Part shown: in pieces, positions 61,037 through 64,000 of the stretch
Layout of the letters: every line of letters starts with the position of its first letter
How positions within the stretch are numbered: position 1 is the stretch's first letter
DNA from: an uncultured Acidobacteriota bacterium
GTDB taxonomy: Bacteria > Acidobacteriota > Thermoanaerobaculia > Multivoradales > UBA5704
DNA: 64,000 nt
NCBI GenBank assembly: GCA_963756595.1
Contig: CAVWOZ010000057.1
Coordinates: forward strand, 24,707-88,706
Direction: 5' to 3'
Notes under the pieces: generated by a model
The model's database searches: none
Told to the model about the DNA's origin: nothing
Seen by the model: the letters and a program-made list of their open reading frames with translations, nothing else
Translations under genes and position numbers: made by a program

Positions 61037-61226
61037 GGTGAACCGCGAGAGAGCCTTTGCGCTGTACTGCGAGGCCCTCCGGGAAGGCGGCTTGCTGGTC
61101 GTAGTGTTCGCGTCCCTAGACGCTTGGTTCGGCAAAGCGACCCTCGGCGTCATTGTTTGGATCTTATCCGGGATCGCGCTGCTGTACGCGGGGATCCGGT
61201 TGGACCCGGAGGTGCGAAAGAAATGA
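61037..61226 (+). CDS. Small membrane protein (2 TM), ~63 aa.
   Basis: ...EGGLLVVVFASLDAWFGKATLGVIVWILSGIALLYAGIRLDPEVRKK. Its stop TGA overlaps the ATG of the next small ORF. Confidence 0.3.
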
Positions 61227-61321
61227 ATCTCTTCTACGTGTTCCTGCCCTTGGCCCTGCTGGCGGCGCTCGCCTTCTTCGACGGCTACCTGCCCTATATC
61301 CGGAGCCAGCGGAAGAAGTAG
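61223..61321 (+). CDS. 32-aa single-TM peptide.
   Basis: MNLFYVFLPLALLAALAFFDGYLPYIRSQRKK. GGAGG lies upstream. Translationally coupled to the preceding small ORF. Confidence 0.3.
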   Translation: MNLFYVFLPLALLAALAFFDGYLPYIRSQRKK

Positions 61322-61385
61322 GGCGGATACTGAAGCGTCCCTTGCCGGCCCCGAACGCGGGGCCGGCCCCGTCTACGGCTCCCCG

Positions 61386-62255
61386 CTACGCCTCCCGCTT
61401 CTTGTAAGGTCCCCGCTTCTTCGGCGCCTCGACCGGCAGCAGCGCGACGATCTCCGCGATCGACCAGAGGTGCGGGGTGACCCCGGCCGCCATCGCGGGC
61501 GAGCAGCGGATGGTGGAGTGAATCCGCGCAAAATTGTAGTGCATAAAGAATATAGCAAGAGCCGCGCAGTGGTTCTCCAGCTTTTTGCTGTGGGCGTTCG
61601 TCAGGCGGGTGTAGCGCCGGAGCCCCATCCGCATGGACAGGTTCGCCCGCTCGACGTAGGACGTCGACACCCGCGCCGACTCAGGGTTGCCTGAGATAGC
61701 ATGCTTCTGCGCTCCGATGCACTGCGCCGGGGAGTAGCGCGTCTCTCCGCCCGGGGCAGGCGCGTAGATCTTCTGAAGCATGGCGTAGTCAACGTCTCCG
61801 CCGAAAGCGTCCAGGACGGCGCCCACGTAGACTTTCAGGCCGTCGCTCGTGATCTGAACCCGGTTCGCGAGCCGGCCCGCGAGATCCTGCATGAACTCGG
61901 TGGCGGTGCCGGCGTCGCGGGGACCGACCATGTAGGACGGAATCAGCTTCGTGTCGGCATCGATCGCCGTAAACGTCCAGACGTCGCCAAAGCCGAAGGT
62001 TCCCTTCTTCTCTTCGGGAACGTTCTTGGCCTTGGCGTAGCAGAACGCCCAAATTTCATCAACTTCTAAGGTTTTGCACGGCAGGTCGTGAAACGCTTGG
62101 TCCATGTAGGCCGCGCACACCGGCCCGAGATCCGCGATGAGCTTGGTCACGGCACCCTTGGAGGCGCCCGTCATCCGGCAGGTCGAGCGGATGCCGACCC
62201 CTTCGACCAGGGCGGCGATGATGGTGGCTTGACGCTTCGGTTCCATGCGGTTCAT
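61386..62255 (-). mobile_element. IS1595-family DDE transposase gene. The IS boundaries are not resolved.
   Basis: ...EVDEIWAFCYAK...WTFTAIDADTKLIPSY...ITSDGLKVY... (DDE). The C-terminal ...HSTIRCSPAMAAGVTPHLWSIAEIVALL is typical of IS1595/ISSod11-like transposases. Confidence 0.7.
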
Positions 62256-62426
62256 GATGACCTATTATGCGTGAGCAAGGAGGAAATGTCCAGCGTTATA
62301 AGGCGGAATTTTTGAGATTCATAGATTTCCCCGTCCGCCCTCGCTAAAATGTGCCGGGTGTGGAATCTTACCCTCCAGCTCTCCGCGGGGCGTGATAGGC
62401 GGAGCTTCCGCCGGGAAGGCGCAACT

Positions 62427-62984
62427 ATGGACGATCCGAGTGAACGCATCAGATCATCTGTTCGGAAGTTTTACGAAAAGGATCAAGCCGCTGCCGATGA
62501 GAAACGAGCATCCGACGTGCTCCGCGTATCGGGGCAGCAAGCGCGGGATAACTTTGCGAGTGACGTAGAGAACGTGATTCTGCCGACCCTTCACCGCATG
62601 AAAGACGATATCGACTCAGAATCGCCTGAGAGCGTTACCTGGGGGGTAGCGAGGGACCGAAGGGTAGGCGCTCTTCGAGCCGAGATTTCTTCACCACAAG
62701 GCAAAGACCGAGTAACTTTTTTGCTCATCGGCGGGCCCCGGCACGCCGGCTTGGTTTTCACCCTGAATGCCGCGGAAGGATGCGTTCGGATTACTTGCGA
62801 CTCATTTGAGTGGGAGACTACCAAGAAGAACGTCCCTTACCGCTACCGAAGGCAAGTGGAGGTTAGCGACGGAACCGGAAGGGAAGCTAGGACCATTGTC
62901 AATATGCCCTTGCACCAAATCAATATAAGCAGAGTCGAGGAAGTCGTCGCGGCGTTCATTGATGAAGTGCTTGGGGCGGCCTAG
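62427..62984 (+). CDS. Hypothetical protein (185 aa), lower GC (~52%).
   Basis: GGAAGG RBS, then ATG 62427. MDDPSERIRSSVRKFYEKDQAAADEKRASDVLRVSGQQARDNFASDVENVILPTLHRMKDDIDSESPESVTWGVARDRRVGALRAEISSPQGKDRVTFLLIGG... Confidence 0.45.
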   Translation: MDDPSERIRSSVRKFYEKDQAAADEKRASDVLRVSGQQARDNFASDVENVILPTLHRMKDDIDSESPESVTWGVARDRRVGALRAEISSPQGKDRVTFLLIGGPRHAGLVFTLNAAEGCVRITCDSFEWETTKKNVPYRYRRQVEVSDGTGREARTIVNMPLHQINISRVEEVVAAFIDEVLGAA

Positions 62985-63045
62985 GGGGCCGAAGAGACGG
63001 AATGGTCAGCCTTGATTGCTTCCCCTCCCGTCGTATTTTCCCTCG

Positions 63046-63279
63046 CTACGCGGATTCCTTCTCCCATCGCTTCCGGGCGGCCTTCTGAGCGCTCGCCGAC
63101 CGCTCAGCGGCGGTCAGCTTCTCCGCCCGGGCGTTGCCTCCCTTGAGGCCGCCCTTGCGGCCCGCCGCCGCTTTGGGGGATAGCGTTTCGACGTGCGCGG
63201 CGGGTGGCGCGTCGAGGTGGGCGGCTTGCTGCGCGATGCGGAAGGCGACTTGGGTGAAATCGGGCTTTGGTTTCTTCAT
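63046..63279 (-). CDS. Small basic protein (KGG-repeat / histone-like tail), 77 aa.
   Basis: GGAGA RBS. MKKPKPDFTQVAFRIAQQAAHLDAPPAAHVETLSPKAAAGRKGGLKGGNARAEKLTAAERSASAQKAARKRWEK. Confidence 0.4.
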   Translation of the reverse strand: MKKPKPDFTQVAFRIAQQAAHLDAPPAAHVETLSPKAAAGRKGGLKGGNARAEKLTAAERSASAQKAARKRWEKESA

Positions 63280-63335
63280 GGCATCTCCAGTATAAGGCAC
63301 GGGGGCGGCCCGTCCAGGCGCCGCCCCCGTGGTGG

Positions 63336-63800
63336 TCAGACGGACTCGCGAGTGTGACGGGTGATGACCTGCCCAGCGTTCGGCAGTTCATCCCGCAGGA
63401 TGGCAGCGACCAGCTCCGCCGCTAGGGAGCGGCATTGCCGGGAAGATCGAAGCGTCGCGATGACCTTGGCGCCGGGGACGTGTACCAGCGTGAAGAAGCA
63501 ACTCCGATCGTCTCGGCGGTCGTCGTCGCCTCTAAAGTAGGCAAGGGGGTAGGAAACCATGCCGTTGACGTTCAACCGCTCCCCGTTCGCCATGGTGACG
63601 TCAAAGCGACCCCGCCGCCAGCCTAACGGGATAGGCTTCCCCGCCCGCTGTACCGCCTCTATGTGGCGATCGGCAGCAACGGCTAACCAAGTGCCTACCG
63701 CCCGATGACCTTCCCCGTGGGCGGCCCGCTGCCAGCGTGCGGCCTGTCCATCGCTGGCCCAAACGGAGAAGCTGACCCGCTTGACCGCCGTCACTGCCAA
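63336..63800 (-). CDS. Ribbon-helix-helix (CopG-like) N-terminal domain fused to a ~100-aa unknown C-terminal domain.
   Basis: VKRVSFSVWASDGQAARWQRAAHGEGHRAVGTWLAVAADRHIEAVQRAG shows the RHH pattern. The C-terminal part is ...FDVTMANGERLNVNGMVSYPLAYFRGDDDRRDDRSCFFTLVHVPGAKVIATL... Confidence 0.4.
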   Translation of the reverse strand: MAVTAVKRVSFSVWASDGQAARWQRAAHGEGHRAVGTWLAVAADRHIEAVQRAGKPIPLGWRRGRFDVTMANGERLNVNGMVSYPLAYFRGDDDRRDDRSCFFTLVHVPGAKVIATLRSSRQCRSLAAELVAAILRDELPNAGQVITRHTRESV

Positions 63801-63985
63801 TACTCCGAGTACTTCTCCTGGAACTCCTGCGCGGCGTCGATCGCCCGCTGTAGATCTCCGGCGGGGTCTCTAGGCTCGCCGTAGGGTACGGAGCGGAAGG
63901 GCGCGGGGAGGTATTGAACCGCGTTCCTTGCCGCCTGGAAGAGGGCGCCAAGCTTCTGCTTCTCCTCGATCCGGAGGGCGATCAT
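63791..63985 (-). CDS. Small protein (64 aa), first gene of a three-gene minus-strand cluster at the window edge.
   Basis: MIALRIEEKQKLGALFQAARNAVQYLPAPFRSVPYGEPRDPAGDLQRAIDAAQEFQEKYSEYWQ. Overlaps the downstream gene by 10 bp. Confidence 0.3.
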   Translation of the reverse strand: MIALRIEEKQKLGALFQAARNAVQYLPAPFRSVPYGEPRDPAGDLQRAIDAAQEFQEKYSEYWQ

Positions 63986-64000
63986 GTCCCGCCTCTTGGC

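Noticed and set aside
61380-62300. Tried to define terminal inverted repeats for the IS1595-family element.
   Set aside because: Only weak partial matches (cttgtaagg versus cttataacg) were found at the presumed ends. Boundaries and target-site duplication cannot be called from this sequence alone.
1-64000. Scanned low-GC and intergenic stretches for tRNA, tmRNA, RNase P, SRP and rRNA signatures.
   Set aside because: No T-loop (GGTTCGAATCC-like) or other hallmark motifs were found. There is no evidence of RNA genes in this window.

Overview
This is a high-GC (~68-70%) bacterial chromosomal window that mixes housekeeping operons with several accessory or mobile patches. Many genes are interrupted by single-base frameshifts, mostly in G/C homopolymer runs. 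This looks like assembly or indel error, but pseudogenisation cannot be excluded from the sequence alone.

Recognisable genes, in order:
- hutI 3' end
- two FKBP-type PPIases
- a HlyD / ABC ATPase / ABC-2 permease efflux operon
- a rhomboid protease
- a Ser/Thr kinase
- a molybdopterin (Moco) oxidoreductase
- a PP2C phosphatase
- a CysM-Mec-CysO/MoeZ sulfur-carrier cysteine pathway, in which CysO appears fused to MoeZ
- S10, M19, M28 and M14 peptidases
- an NAD-dependent epimerase, an FkbM methyltransferase and a secreted beta-helix protein
- rsmI, a SurA-like chaperone, a rhodanese and a serine hydrolase
- a sigma-54 response regulator with a large sensor histidine kinase
- an outer-membrane protein, then the pbpC-yfhM (PBP1C / alpha-2-macroglobulin) pair

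Accessory or unusual content:
- A ~135 bp MITE-like element with ~30 bp perfect terminal inverted repeats, present in two copies.
- A dispersed REP-like hairpin repeat family with five or more copies, including one inverted pair.
- 42 bp and 21 bp tandem repeat arrays that are not CRISPR.
- Small secreted Cys-rich proteins.
- Orphan antitoxin-like genes.
- An AbiEii-like nucleotidyltransferase with a small downstream partner.
- A low-GC Ser/Thr kinase with an uncharacterised C-terminal domain.
- A CT-rich, low-GC non-coding tract containing a C17 homopolymer.
- A ~6 kb low-GC island at 53.0-58.9 kb, bordered by an IS66 remnant and near an IS1595 transposase. It carries a translationally coupled SAM methyltransferase / ParA-like ATPase with a novel N-terminal domain / Na+:solute-symporter operon, plus a convergent B12-binding radical SAM enzyme.

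The low-GC island and the kinase locus are the best candidates for an undescribed system.
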